From Candidatus Methanoperedens sp. (GTDB taxonomy: Archaea > Halobacteriota > Methanosarcinia > Methanosarcinales > Methanoperedenaceae), in NCBI GenBank assembly GCA_041494705.1, contig JBGQBI010000004.1, positions 90,001-122,000 of the forward strand: a DNA stretch of 32,000 nucleotides. Reading direction: 5' to 3'. The stretch's first letter is position 1. The number at the start of each line of letters is the position of its first letter. Position numbers and translations under genes: made by a program. Positions 17,626 through 25,916 of the stretch are shown piece after piece. The notes below the pieces were generated by a model that made no database searches, was not told the DNA's origin, and saw only the letters and a list, made by a program, of their open reading frames with translations.

Positions 17626-18735
17626 TTATGTAGAATTTATTAAATCAGAAATATACCTAATTTGTTCTTCTTTTAAATCAGGATGCATGGGCAGAGATAA
17701 AATCTCACTGGAATATTTCTCAGTAAAAGGGAGAGAAATGTTTTTAAATTCTCCAAATGCTTCCTGCCGATGGATAGGCACTGGATAATGTATAAGCGTA
17801 TTAATTCCTGCATTAACAAGCTTCTTCTGCATCTCATCTCTATCGCTGCATCTTATTACATATAAATGATAGACATGCTTTGAATATTCTTTTTCCACTG
17901 GTTTCACCACATTTTCCAATAATCTATCGTAAATCCTTGCATTCCTGCGCCGTTTTTGATTCCATTCATCCAGTTTTTTTAGTTTGACATCCAGAATCGC
18001 AGCTTGTAGTTCATCCAGCCGGCTGTTAAAGCCCTTAATCAGGCTATGATATTGTTTCTTCATGCCGTAATTCCTGAGCATCCGCAACTTTTCTTCCAGT
18101 TCTTTGTTGTTTGTTACCGCCATACCTCCGTCTCCATATCCACCAAGATTCTTGGTTGGGTAGAAGCTGAAGCATCCTACATCACCAAGAGCCCCCACTT
18201 TTTTCCCTTTATATTCCGCTCCATGCGCCTGACATGCATCTTCAATCACCTTTAACTCATATTTTTGCGCCATCTCGGTTATAGGCTGCATGTCAGCAGG
18301 CTGACCGTATAAATGAACCGGAAGTATCGCTTTTGTCTTTTCGGTTATGTTTTCTTCAATTTTATTAATATCTATGGTATAGGATTCAGGGTCTATATCC
18401 ACAAAGACCGGTTTTGCGCCTGTATACGTAATGGCAAGAACCGTAGGTGTAGCCGTGTTTGATACGGTGATAACCTCATCGCCCTTCCCTATTCCACATG
18501 CAAGCAGTGAAAGATGAATGGCATCTGTTCCGTTTGCCACGCCTATACCATGTTTTGCCTGGCAGTAGGTCGCAAAGTTTTTCTCAAATAATTCTACTTT
18601 CTTTCCTAAAATATACCAGCCACTGTCTAAAACTTCTTTTATCACGCTATCGACATCATCTTTTATAGAATGATACTGGCCGCTCAGGTCTGTGAAGGGT
18701 ATTTTATTACCAATATTCTTTTCTGTGTTTTTCAT
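17626..18735 (-). CDS. DegT/DnrJ/EryC1/StrS-family PLP-dependent NDP-sugar aminotransferase
   Basis: 369 aa. Family strings are ...[17 protein letters not shown]..., ...[22 protein letters not shown]... and ...DACQAHGA.... The PLP-lysine region is ...[17 protein letters not shown].... The gene overlaps the upstream SDR gene by 29 nt. Confidence 0.92.
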   Translation of the reverse strand: MKNTEKNIGNKIPFTDLSGQYHSIKDDVDSVIKEVLDSGWYILGKKVELFEKNFATYCQAKHGIGVANGTDAIHLSLLACGIGKGDEVITVSNTATPTVLAITYTGAKPVFVDIDPESYTIDINKIEENITEKTKAILPVHLYGQPADMQPITEMAQKYELKVIEDACQAHGAEYKGKKVGALGDVGCFSFYPTKNLGGYGDGGMAVTNNKELEEKLRMLRNYGMKKQYHSLIKGFNSRLDELQAAILDVKLKKLDEWNQKRRRNARIYDRLLENVVKPVEKEYSKHVYHLYVIRCSDRDEMQKKLVNAGINTLIHYPVPIHRQEAFGEFKNISLPFTEKYSSEILSLPMHPDLKEEQIRYISDLINST

Positions 18736-19711
18736 AAAACTCTACTGTCTTTTTAATTCCTTCTTCAAGTCCTATCTTCGGTTCCCAGCCAAGCGTCTTT
18801 TTTATTTTTCCATAATCTGCAGTATAACTACCTATTTCGATCTTTTTCCTCTCATCAGGAAAAGGAACAAGCTCAAAACTTCCTTTCTGTGCAATATTTA
18901 TTATCAACCTTACAAGATCTTTTAAATTTGAAGGCTCGCCGCCCAGATTAAATACTTCCCCCTCAGAACGTTTGCTATCGCCAGCAAGCAATAATGCCCG
19001 GACAACGTCATCCACATAATGGAAATCCCTTATCTGAAGCCCATCGCCAAATATCTTTATCACTTCATTATCCATTGCCTGGCGTATAAACCAGTTCAGG
19101 AACCCCTGCCTGCTGTGTTTCATCAGATGCCTTGGTCCATAGGTATTTGTAAGCCGCAGCGACGTTGCCCTTATCCCATACGTCCTATAGTATAATAGAT
19201 GATACTGTTCAGCAGCATGTTTCGATATGCCGTTTGTATCTACAGGGGTTATAGGGTGCTTTTCATCAACAGGAGTATATACGATTTTTCCGTATTGTGA
19301 ACGTGTGCCTGAAAAGATTATCTTCGCCCCGCAGTTGTATTTTCTGCAAGCTTCAAGAAGCGTCAATGTTCCAAGACCATTAATTTCAAGGTCTTCAAAT
19401 GGATTTTCCATGCTTTCCACATGGCTTAATTGCGCCGCTAAATTGAAGATATAGTCCTTATCTTTTACCACCTGGTTTACAGCGGCATTATCTCTCATAT
19501 CTGCAAAGTTGAGTTTGATTTTATCTTCTATCCCTTTGATGTTGAAAAGATTCCCGCCTCCCTTAGGGTAAAGTGCGTCTATAATCGTAACATCCGAGCC
19601 AAGTTTTATCAGTTCATGGGCAAGATTGCTTCCGATAAACCCAAGTCCGCCTGTTATGAGAACTTTTTTTCCCCTGTAAGTATGATCTAAATTAATGGCT
19701 TCCACCACCAT
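18707..19711 (-). CDS. Extended SDR NDP-sugar epimerase/dehydratase/reductase homolog with an atypical active site (Asn in place of the catalytic Tyr)
   Basis: 334 aa. The cofactor motif is ...[15 protein letters not shown].... The S/T region is ...FSGTRSQYG.... Where YxxxK is expected, the sequence reads ...[13 protein letters not shown]..., which aligns residue-for-residue to ...PSSPYSASKAGGD... of the adjacent RmlB. It overlaps rfbB by 25 nt. Confidence 0.85.
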   Translation of the reverse strand: MVVEAINLDHTYRGKKVLITGGLGFIGSNLAHELIKLGSDVTIIDALYPKGGGNLFNIKGIEDKIKLNFADMRDNAAVNQVVKDKDYIFNLAAQLSHVESMENPFEDLEINGLGTLTLLEACRKYNCGAKIIFSGTRSQYGKIVYTPVDEKHPITPVDTNGISKHAAEQYHLLYYRTYGIRATSLRLTNTYGPRHLMKHSRQGFLNWFIRQAMDNEVIKIFGDGLQIRDFHYVDDVVRALLLAGDSKRSEGEVFNLGGEPSNLKDLVRLIINIAQKGSFELVPFPDERKKIEIGSYTADYGKIKKTLGWEPKIGLEEGIKKTVEFYEKHRKEYW

Positions 19712-20640
19712 TCATTCTCTACATACCATCTGATTGTTTCACCAAGTGCTGCCTTAAAATCATGTTTCGGCTTCCAGCCGAGTTTTTTTATCTTTGTTAT
19801 ATCTAACGAATAACGCCTGTCATGACCTTTGCGGTCGGGAACAAATTCTATCAAGCTTTCAGGCTTACGCAGTTCCTTCAAAATCATAGTGGTTATATCA
19901 ATATTCGTTATCTCGTTTCCCGAGCCGATATTGTATATCTCTCCTTCTTTGCCTTTATGCATCACTAAATCTATTGCATCGCAATTATCCAGCACATACA
20001 GCCAGTCCCTTACATTTTTACCGTCGCCGTAAAGGGGTAGCTTTTTATTTCTCAGGGCATTTGTTATAAAAAACGGGATTAGTTTCTCAGGGTACTGATA
20101 AGGGCCAAAATTGTTGGAGCTTCTTGTGATTATAACGGGAAGCTGATGCGTAATGAAATAAGAATGCACGAGCATGTCGCCTCCAGCCTTGCTTGCAGAA
20201 TAAGGGCTTGAAGGTTCGAGACGGTCAGTTTCCTTGAATGAACCAGCATCTATGCTGCCGTATACTTCATCCGTAGATATCTGGACATACTTTTCAACAT
20301 CATATTTCCTTGCAGCTTCCAGGAGTCTGTAAGTACCGAGTACATCTGTGGTAACAAAATCCCCAGCATCGATTATCGACCTATCCACATGGGTTTCTGC
20401 TGCAAAATTAACTATAATGTCAACATCTTTGCAAACATTTTCAACCGTCTCTTTATTGCATATATCCCCTTTTATAAAGCTGTATTTTTTATTTTTTTCC
20501 ACATCTTTTAAATTTTGAAGATTCCCCGCATAGGTGAGCTTGTCCAGATTTATGACTTCATACTCCGGGTGTTTTTTCAGGATGCTGAGTATGAAATTAC
20601 TTCCGATAAAACCTGCTCCGCCTGTTATTAATAATTTCAT
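19687..20640 (-). CDS. rfbB: dTDP-glucose 4,6-dehydratase
   Basis: 317 aa. Diagnostic strings are MKLLITGGAGFIGSNF, ...NLDKLTYAGNLQNL..., ...FAAETHVDRSI..., ...ISTDEVYG..., ...SPYSASKAGGDMLV... and ...GDGKNVRDWLYV.... This is the classic RmlB/RfbB signature set. Confidence 0.93.
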   Translation of the reverse strand: MKLLITGGAGFIGSNFILSILKKHPEYEVINLDKLTYAGNLQNLKDVEKNKKYSFIKGDICNKETVENVCKDVDIIVNFAAETHVDRSIIDAGDFVTTDVLGTYRLLEAARKYDVEKYVQISTDEVYGSIDAGSFKETDRLEPSSPYSASKAGGDMLVHSYFITHQLPVIITRSSNNFGPYQYPEKLIPFFITNALRNKKLPLYGDGKNVRDWLYVLDNCDAIDLVMHKGKEGEIYNIGSGNEITNIDITTMILKELRKPESLIEFVPDRKGHDRRYSLDITKIKKLGWKPKHDFKAALGETIRWYVENEWWWKPLI

Positions 20641-20646
20641 GTTTAC

Positions 20647-21723
20647 CTACAATTGTATCTCTGAATTTTCGCCAATAATAAACCTATATCCTTTTGGAAG
20701 GGAATTTTTAGAAACAATACTGGTATACCTTCCGATTAAACTATCCACGATTTTTTCATCAAATTCAATCCGCGTGTCACCGATTATGATTGAAGATTCT
20801 ACCTCTCCTCCAATAATAGTTGTATTGTCTCCGATGGAAGTATAGGGACCTATATAGCCCGGACCAATTTTGCAGTTCTTACCTATTATTACCGGTCCCC
20901 TTACTACAGTCCCATTTTTAATGATGCTATCCTGCCCCAGTTCAATATTACCTATCAGTTTAGCTCCCTCTTCTATTGCTCCTTCTATTTTATGGTTCAT
21001 ATCGCTCAAAATAAGATGGTTGGCATGAAGGATCGCCTCTGCAGTTCCTGTATCATCCCACCAATCTGTTACGATATGGGAAATAACTTTATATTTTTTT
21101 GATAAAATTATGCTGCGAATGGCGTCGGTTATTTCATACTCCCCGCGCCAGGATGGTTTGAGCGTCTCTATGACCTTGAAGATATGCGGGGTAAACATAT
21201 ATACCCCAATCAGTGCCAGATCGCTTTTCGGGACTTTTGGCTTCTCCTCCACATCGGTTACTACCCCTTTATCATCCAGTTGCGCTATGCCGTATTTCTG
21301 CGGGTCAGGAACACGGGAAAGAAGTATTCCAGCCTCAGCGCCCGAGTTTTTAAATTCATTCACGAAATTGACTATTCCGCTTTTTAATATATTATCTCCG
21401 AGATAAACCACAAAAGGTTCCTCGCCCATAAAATCCCTGGCGCAAGAAACAGCATGAGCAATGCCACGCGGTGCATCCTGTTCAATGTATGTGATCCTTG
21501 CATCCCACCGTGAGCCATCGCCTACCGTATTCTTTACTATATTTATGCGCTCCTCGGTATATCCCACGATAATACCGATATCTGTTATGCCCGCCTCAAT
21601 AAGGTCTTCAATGACATAAAATAGCACAGGCTTATTCGCTATAGGGATAAGCTGCTTTGGTCCGGTATGGGTGAGTGGTCGCAGGCGTGTGCCCAGACCG
21701 CCTGCAAGAATTAAGCCTTTCAT
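20647..21723 (-). CDS. rfbA: Glucose-1-phosphate thymidylyltransferase, long form (nucleotidyltransferase domain plus C-terminal left-handed beta-helix)
   Basis: The track ORF starts at a TTG at 21741. I prefer the ATG at 21723 (MKGLILAGGLGTRLRPLTHTGPKQLIPI...), which is preceded by a GAGGA SD 4 nt upstream. A C-terminal hexapeptide-repeat region (...IGKNCKIGPGYIGPYTSIGDNTTIIGGEVESSII...) matches archaeal long-form RmlA-type enzymes. Sugar and nucleotide specificity are inferred from the adjacent rfbB. Confidence 0.88.
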   Translation of the reverse strand: MKGLILAGGLGTRLRPLTHTGPKQLIPIANKPVLFYVIEDLIEAGITDIGIIVGYTEERINIVKNTVGDGSRWDARITYIEQDAPRGIAHAVSCARDFMGEEPFVVYLGDNILKSGIVNFVNEFKNSGAEAGILLSRVPDPQKYGIAQLDDKGVVTDVEEKPKVPKSDLALIGVYMFTPHIFKVIETLKPSWRGEYEITDAIRSIILSKKYKVISHIVTDWWDDTGTAEAILHANHLILSDMNHKIEGAIEEGAKLIGNIELGQDSIIKNGTVVRGPVIIGKNCKIGPGYIGPYTSIGDNTTIIGGEVESSIIIGDTRIEFDEKIVDSLIGRYTSIVSKNSLPKGYRFIIGENSEIQL

Positions 21724-21761
21724 GAAATCCTCATTTTTCAATCATCAATATCGCTTCCATA

Positions 21762-21866
21762 CTAAATAGATTTGGAAAAATCCAGCCCTTCATCAATATA
21801 TTTATATTCCGGTCTGATGCCACTGCTATCTAAAGAGTAAACATAATCTTCATGTCTGTTGGTCAT
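21762..21866 (-). CDS. Hypothetical 34-aa small ORF (MTNRHEDYVYSLDSSGIRPEYKYIDEGLDFSKSI)
   Basis: Hand-translated; it falls below the ORF-track length cutoff. Its ATG begins 1 nt after the TAA stop of the upstream GT4 gene (TAAAATG), and it fills most of an otherwise unexplained 126 bp gap in a tightly packed operon. I recognise no homology, so it may be non-coding. Confidence 0.2.
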   Translation of the reverse strand: MTNRHEDYVYSLDSSGIRPEYKYIDEGLDFSKSI

Positions 21867-21867
21867 T

Positions 21868-23115
21868 TTAGACATATTGGTATTGATTTAACTTCTCCTT
21901 ATTTCTACGTATTACCTCTTCATACACCTTTATCGTACCCTCTACCATACTCTCTACACTGAACTTCTCCACAATTTTTTTTCGTGCAGCCTTGCCGAGA
22001 CGCTGTGCAAGTTCCTTATCTGTGAGTACTTTTCGAACAGCCTCTGCCAGCTTTTTAATATCGCCTGTAGGGACAAGGAGACCATCAACACCGTCTTCAA
22101 TTACCGTGGGAACGCTGCCAATATTTGATACCACAACTGGTTTTTCACATGCCATCGCTTCAAGGATGGTGAGGTCGTAACCGTTCTGGCGGATGGTGGG
22201 ATTCACGAAAAGGTCGCAGGCGTTGAAGTAATCAGGAAGCGATTCGAAAGAGAGCATGCCAGTAAAGATGACATTGTTTTCAAGGTTTAGTTTTTTGACC
22301 CGTTTTCTTAATTCGGGAGCATAGCTTCCATCACCGACGATCATTAATTTTGTGTCAGGAAAGATTTTCAAAATTTCAGGAAAAGCATAAATGATATTTT
22401 GTATCCCTTTGTCTTTTTCAAGACGTGCGATAGAAAGGAGAAGATTTTCCCCCGGAGCTATGTTATGTTTCTGACGAATTATTTCATTTTTACGTGGTGA
22501 AAAGGGTGTAGGATCGATACCGTTAAATACTTTAAATATTTTGGCTTCATTGATAAAAAATATTTTTTTAATTATCACAGCCTGCTCATTGCTTGTGGAT
22601 ATAACCGCATCAGACAGACGTATGAGCGGCAATCCATATATAAAATATTGATAAATATGATCTAAAATAAACCCTATCGATTTAATATAATGCACAGGAG
22701 CTTTGATAGACATAAGACGCAATCTTGTTTTGATCTCATCGTAAGTAGTACCATGCATGGATACGATCGAAGGCAAAGAACATTTTTTATTTAGTCCTTT
22801 TTTCAAAAAATAATATCCGCCTGCACTCTGGCTGTGGACGATGTCAAAAGGTTTCAATGAATGCAGCTCCATGAACTTGTCAACACTTTTTTCCCACCAC
22901 CCGCCTCTAAAATAACTCCCGGTGATCGTCGTTGGCAAATAATGAATTTTCACGCCATTTACTTCTTCATAAATTTTGCCTTTCGGATGCTTTGTAGTGA
23001 TAACTACCACTGTATGACCTTTTTCTGCTATTTTTTCTGAAAGCATTAGAATATGGTCTTGCATCCCTCCCTTACAATGAGCTGGCATCACGCGGGTGAA
23101 CATTGCAATATTCAT
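21868..23115 (-). CDS. Family 4 (GT-B) glycosyltransferase
   Basis: 415 aa. The N-terminus is ...GGMQDHILMLSEKIAEKGH.... The C-terminal signature is ...LFVNPTIRQNGYDLTILEAMACEKPVVVSNIGS.... Its start overlaps the upstream methyltransferase stop by 4 nt. Confidence 0.85.
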   Translation of the reverse strand: MNIAMFTRVMPAHCKGGMQDHILMLSEKIAEKGHTVVVITTKHPKGKIYEEVNGVKIHYLPTTITGSYFRGGWWEKSVDKFMELHSLKPFDIVHSQSAGGYYFLKKGLNKKCSLPSIVSMHGTTYDEIKTRLRLMSIKAPVHYIKSIGFILDHIYQYFIYGLPLIRLSDAVISTSNEQAVIIKKIFFINEAKIFKVFNGIDPTPFSPRKNEIIRQKHNIAPGENLLLSIARLEKDKGIQNIIYAFPEILKIFPDTKLMIVGDGSYAPELRKRVKKLNLENNVIFTGMLSFESLPDYFNACDLFVNPTIRQNGYDLTILEAMACEKPVVVSNIGSVPTVIEDGVDGLLVPTGDIKKLAEAVRKVLTDKELAQRLGKAARKKIVEKFSVESMVEGTIKVYEEVIRRNKEKLNQYQYV

Positions 23116-23855
23116 TTTTTTACACCTTTTATGACTATTTCGATTCCGAATGTTTTTGAGATTTTGTTGTTTGTTAATTTATCCAGCGGCATAATGAACA
23201 TCAAATCGATCAATTTCCCAAAAGGGACTAATAATCGCGATAATCTACAGATCGAATGCGCGGGATTGAAACCAGAATGTTCAATTCCATAAAGATTATT
23301 TAATTTAAATGTTTGTATCAATTCAAGTTTTTTAAATGATTTTTCATAACCATAAACATATCTTTTTCCAACTATTTTCTTGTACAGTGTATGTGGAAAA
23401 CAATACCAATTAGGCACTGCAACTATTACCTGGCCTTTTTTTCTCGTTAAACGTACCATTTCGTTTACAATTGCATTATAATTGATAAAGTGTTCAATCA
23501 CACCGTCGTTATAAACTACATCGAACGCATCATTTTTAAAAGGCATTCTAAAGGCATCTCCCTGAACAAGATATAGATTTTCTATACCCCTGCATTGCAT
23601 TCCTTTTCTGGTAAGTTTCAAGGCATTTCGAGAGATATCCATTCCAATTATCATTGAATTTTTATATTCTCTTGCAAGAGCTATACAATACCTACCGGTG
23701 CCTGACCCGGCCTCAATAATTTTTTTATCTTTGGATGTAATCCATTGGGATATACAGGGAAATGCTTTTTTTGCGAACGAATCGAAAGCAGTTTCTTTGA
23801 CAGCATTTTTTTCCATCAATCCCCATTGTGCATCCCAAATGTCATCTACTTTCAT
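23112..23855 (-). CDS. Class I SAM-dependent methyltransferase
   Basis: 247 aa. Motif I is ...KIIEAGSGTGRYCIALA.... Later motifs are ...FDVVYNDGVIEHF... and ...KKGQVIVAVPN.... Confidence 0.85.
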   Translation of the reverse strand: MKVDDIWDAQWGLMEKNAVKETAFDSFAKKAFPCISQWITSKDKKIIEAGSGTGRYCIALAREYKNSMIIGMDISRNALKLTRKGMQCRGIENLYLVQGDAFRMPFKNDAFDVVYNDGVIEHFINYNAIVNEMVRLTRKKGQVIVAVPNWYCFPHTLYKKIVGKRYVYGYEKSFKKLELIQTFKLNNLYGIEHSGFNPAHSICRLSRLLVPFGKLIDLMFIMPLDKLTNNKISKTFGIEIVIKGVKK

Positions 23856-23861
23856 ATTCCT

Positions 23862-24403
23862 CTAATCAATGTTTTTTATTATTTTGGCAGGCGTTCCGGC
23901 TGCTACGGAATATTCCGGGATGTCCATATTCACCAGGCTATTAGCACCAATAACAGAACCTGTTTTGATTGTTACACCCTTCAAAATCGTACAACCTTTT
24001 CCAATCCATACATTACTTTCTATCACAACAGATGCAGTTTTTAGTTCCTGTTCCCGTATCAACTTTCCTTTTTTGAAATTATGGTCATGGTCTCTAATAG
24101 AGGTATATTCTCCTATCAAGACATCATCACCAATATTAATAGAATTGTAAGAAATAACAATTACCCCATATGCCAGATGCACATTGTTTCCAATGTTTAT
24201 CCGACCTTTATTTCCTCCTACAAAAGAGTTCCTGCCAAACCAGACATTGTCACCACAATAAATTTTCGTGTCCCCCCCCATCCATTATAACCTTCAAAAA
24301 ATACATTTTTTCCAAGGCGTGTAAAATGTCTTGAATAATAAATGTTCATTAGATTATTACGCATATAATTATATATATTTTTAATATACAATTTAAGCCC
24401 CAT
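23862..24403 (-). pseudogene. Hexapeptide-repeat (LbH, WcaF/WbbJ/LacA-like) acetyltransferase interrupted by a frameshift in a G8 homopolymer
   Basis: Two ORFs in different frames overlap at the tract. The 5' part (24218-24403) is MGLKLYIKNIYNYMRNNLMNIYYSRHFTRLGKNVFFEGYNGWGG.... The 3' part (23862-24281) is ...DTKIYCGDNVWFGRNSF..INIGNNVHL..INIGDDVLIGEYTSIRDHDHNF..NVWIGKGCTILKGVTIKTGSVIGANSLV..AGTPAKII. Adding 1 G (or removing 2) gives one continuous protein of about 180 aa with a normal family N-terminus. The 5' ATG abuts the stop of the upstream radical SAM gene (TAAATG). Confidence 0.75.
24272..24279 (-). repeat. G8 homopolymer (C8 on the plus strand) at the acetyltransferase frameshift site
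   Basis: Read directly from the sequence: ...cgtg tCCCCCCCCa tcc.... It is the longest G/C run I noticed in a locally very AT-rich region. Confidence 0.95.
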
Positions 24404-25912
24404 TTATTTTAATAAATTGATAATCCTGTCTTTAATAAATTTTTCTTCTTCCTGGTACTTAAAAAAATTAAATTTCCATCTCAATTTAGGTGAAATAGAA
24501 TAAATCATACCTAAATTCGATTCAGTCAATTTTTTTATGGTTTTTAAATCATAAACCAGATACTTCGAATTTTCAGATAAGAAACGTATGAACTCGGGAT
24601 CGTCAACCCAGGGAAGATCATCAAGACTATTATATCCGGTATTTTTATTGGCATTAGCCCATTCACGAAGGGATTCAGGCTCATATAATCCTAATTTTTT
24701 ACATTGTTCATACAATTCTCCTCCCGGATAGGGCCTGAATATAAAATTATCATAATGTCTTGCTGTAGGACATATCTTGTTTATTTGCCTCATAATTATA
24801 ATATTTGTTTTCATTTCTTCTATAGTTTTCCCCGGTAGTGCTATCATCCATGAATATACAGGAATGATACCTGACTTGGCGCATACTTTTGCAGAATTTA
24901 ATAAGTCTTCTGTAGTTATATCTTTTTTAAGGCTTTTCAAAACAGCGTTAGAACCGGATTCTGCGCCCATAGTTGCAAATTCAAATCCTACGCTCTTTAA
25001 TTCTTTAGCGAAATCCACAGTCACATAGTTTTCTTTAAAATAATTAGCTCGGATGTTAGTTCCCCATTTAACATCGATTTTTCTCTCCTTCATTTTTTTA
25101 ATTATTTCTTCCGCTCTTTTTTTATTTACAAAGAAATTTTCATCCAGAGGCCGGATCATATCCAGCTTATATTTATCAACAATAAATTCAAACTCATCAA
25201 GGAACCTGTCCGCATCCTGAGCCCTCCAACCGGATTTGGTAACTTTATTTATACAGAAAGTACACCTGTACGGGCACCCGCGGGAAGACAACATGACCAG
25301 TTTTCTAATCTTTTTAGTATCTGAGAATATTATAGGAACAGGTCTTTCCAAATAAAATCTTAAATCTAAAAGATCATGATTGAGAAAGGGAAGTTTATTT
25401 ATGTCTAAGAAATCCCTTGGTTGAGTTACAAATCCATCATAAGCAATTCCTTTAATCTCTTCAAACTTGGAATTTTTCTTTTCAATTTCATTGATTAACT
25501 CTAAAGCTGATGCCTCTCCTTCTCCATAAACCACAAAATCAACCAGAGGGTCATTTGATGTTTGCGCAGGGAATAAAGATGGATGAACCCCACCCCAAAT
25601 GATCGGAATATCCGGATACTTGCTCTTAATAAATTGGCTAATCGACAGCGCGTTTGAAACTTGTGCCGTCATAACCGATATGCCAACGCAGATAGCGTTA
25701 CCAAGTTCTTTTTCAAGTATTTTCAGATAGGAGTCATCGCCTACTTCATGGTACGGCACTACATCTAAAATTTTTACAGAATAACCTTTTTCGTGTAGAT
25801 ACGTCCCAATTGCCAAAACTCCCAACGGTTCTCTAATTCTGACATCCTCTAATCTAGTATAATTTAGATTTTGTCTTGCGATTGCAGGATTAATTAGTAT
25901 TATTTCAGCCAT
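24404..25912 (-). CDS. B12-binding-domain radical SAM protein (class B-like), paralog 2
   Basis: 502 aa. The N-terminus is MAEIILINP...PLGVLAIGTYL..VKILDV..ICVGISVMT..PIIWGGVHPSLFP..DFVVYGEGEASALEL.... The cluster motif is SSRGCPYRCTFC. It is most similar to paralog 4 by eye (shared WGGxHPSL, GEGE, and KxxW-R after the cluster motif). Confidence 0.9.
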   Translation of the reverse strand: MAEIILINPAIARQNLNYTRLEDVRIREPLGVLAIGTYLHEKGYSVKILDVVPYHEVGDDSYLKILEKELGNAICVGISVMTAQVSNALSISQFIKSKYPDIPIIWGGVHPSLFPAQTSNDPLVDFVVYGEGEASALELINEIEKKNSKFEEIKGIAYDGFVTQPRDFLDINKLPFLNHDLLDLRFYLERPVPIIFSDTKKIRKLVMLSSRGCPYRCTFCINKVTKSGWRAQDADRFLDEFEFIVDKYKLDMIRPLDENFFVNKKRAEEIIKKMKERKIDVKWGTNIRANYFKENYVTVDFAKELKSVGFEFATMGAESGSNAVLKSLKKDITTEDLLNSAKVCAKSGIIPVYSWMIALPGKTIEEMKTNIIIMRQINKICPTARHYDNFIFRPYPGGELYEQCKKLGLYEPESLREWANANKNTGYNSLDDLPWVDDPEFIRFLSENSKYLVYDLKTIKKLTESNLGMIYSISPKLRWKFNFFKYQEEEKFIKDRIINLLK

Positions 25913-25916
25913 CGTT

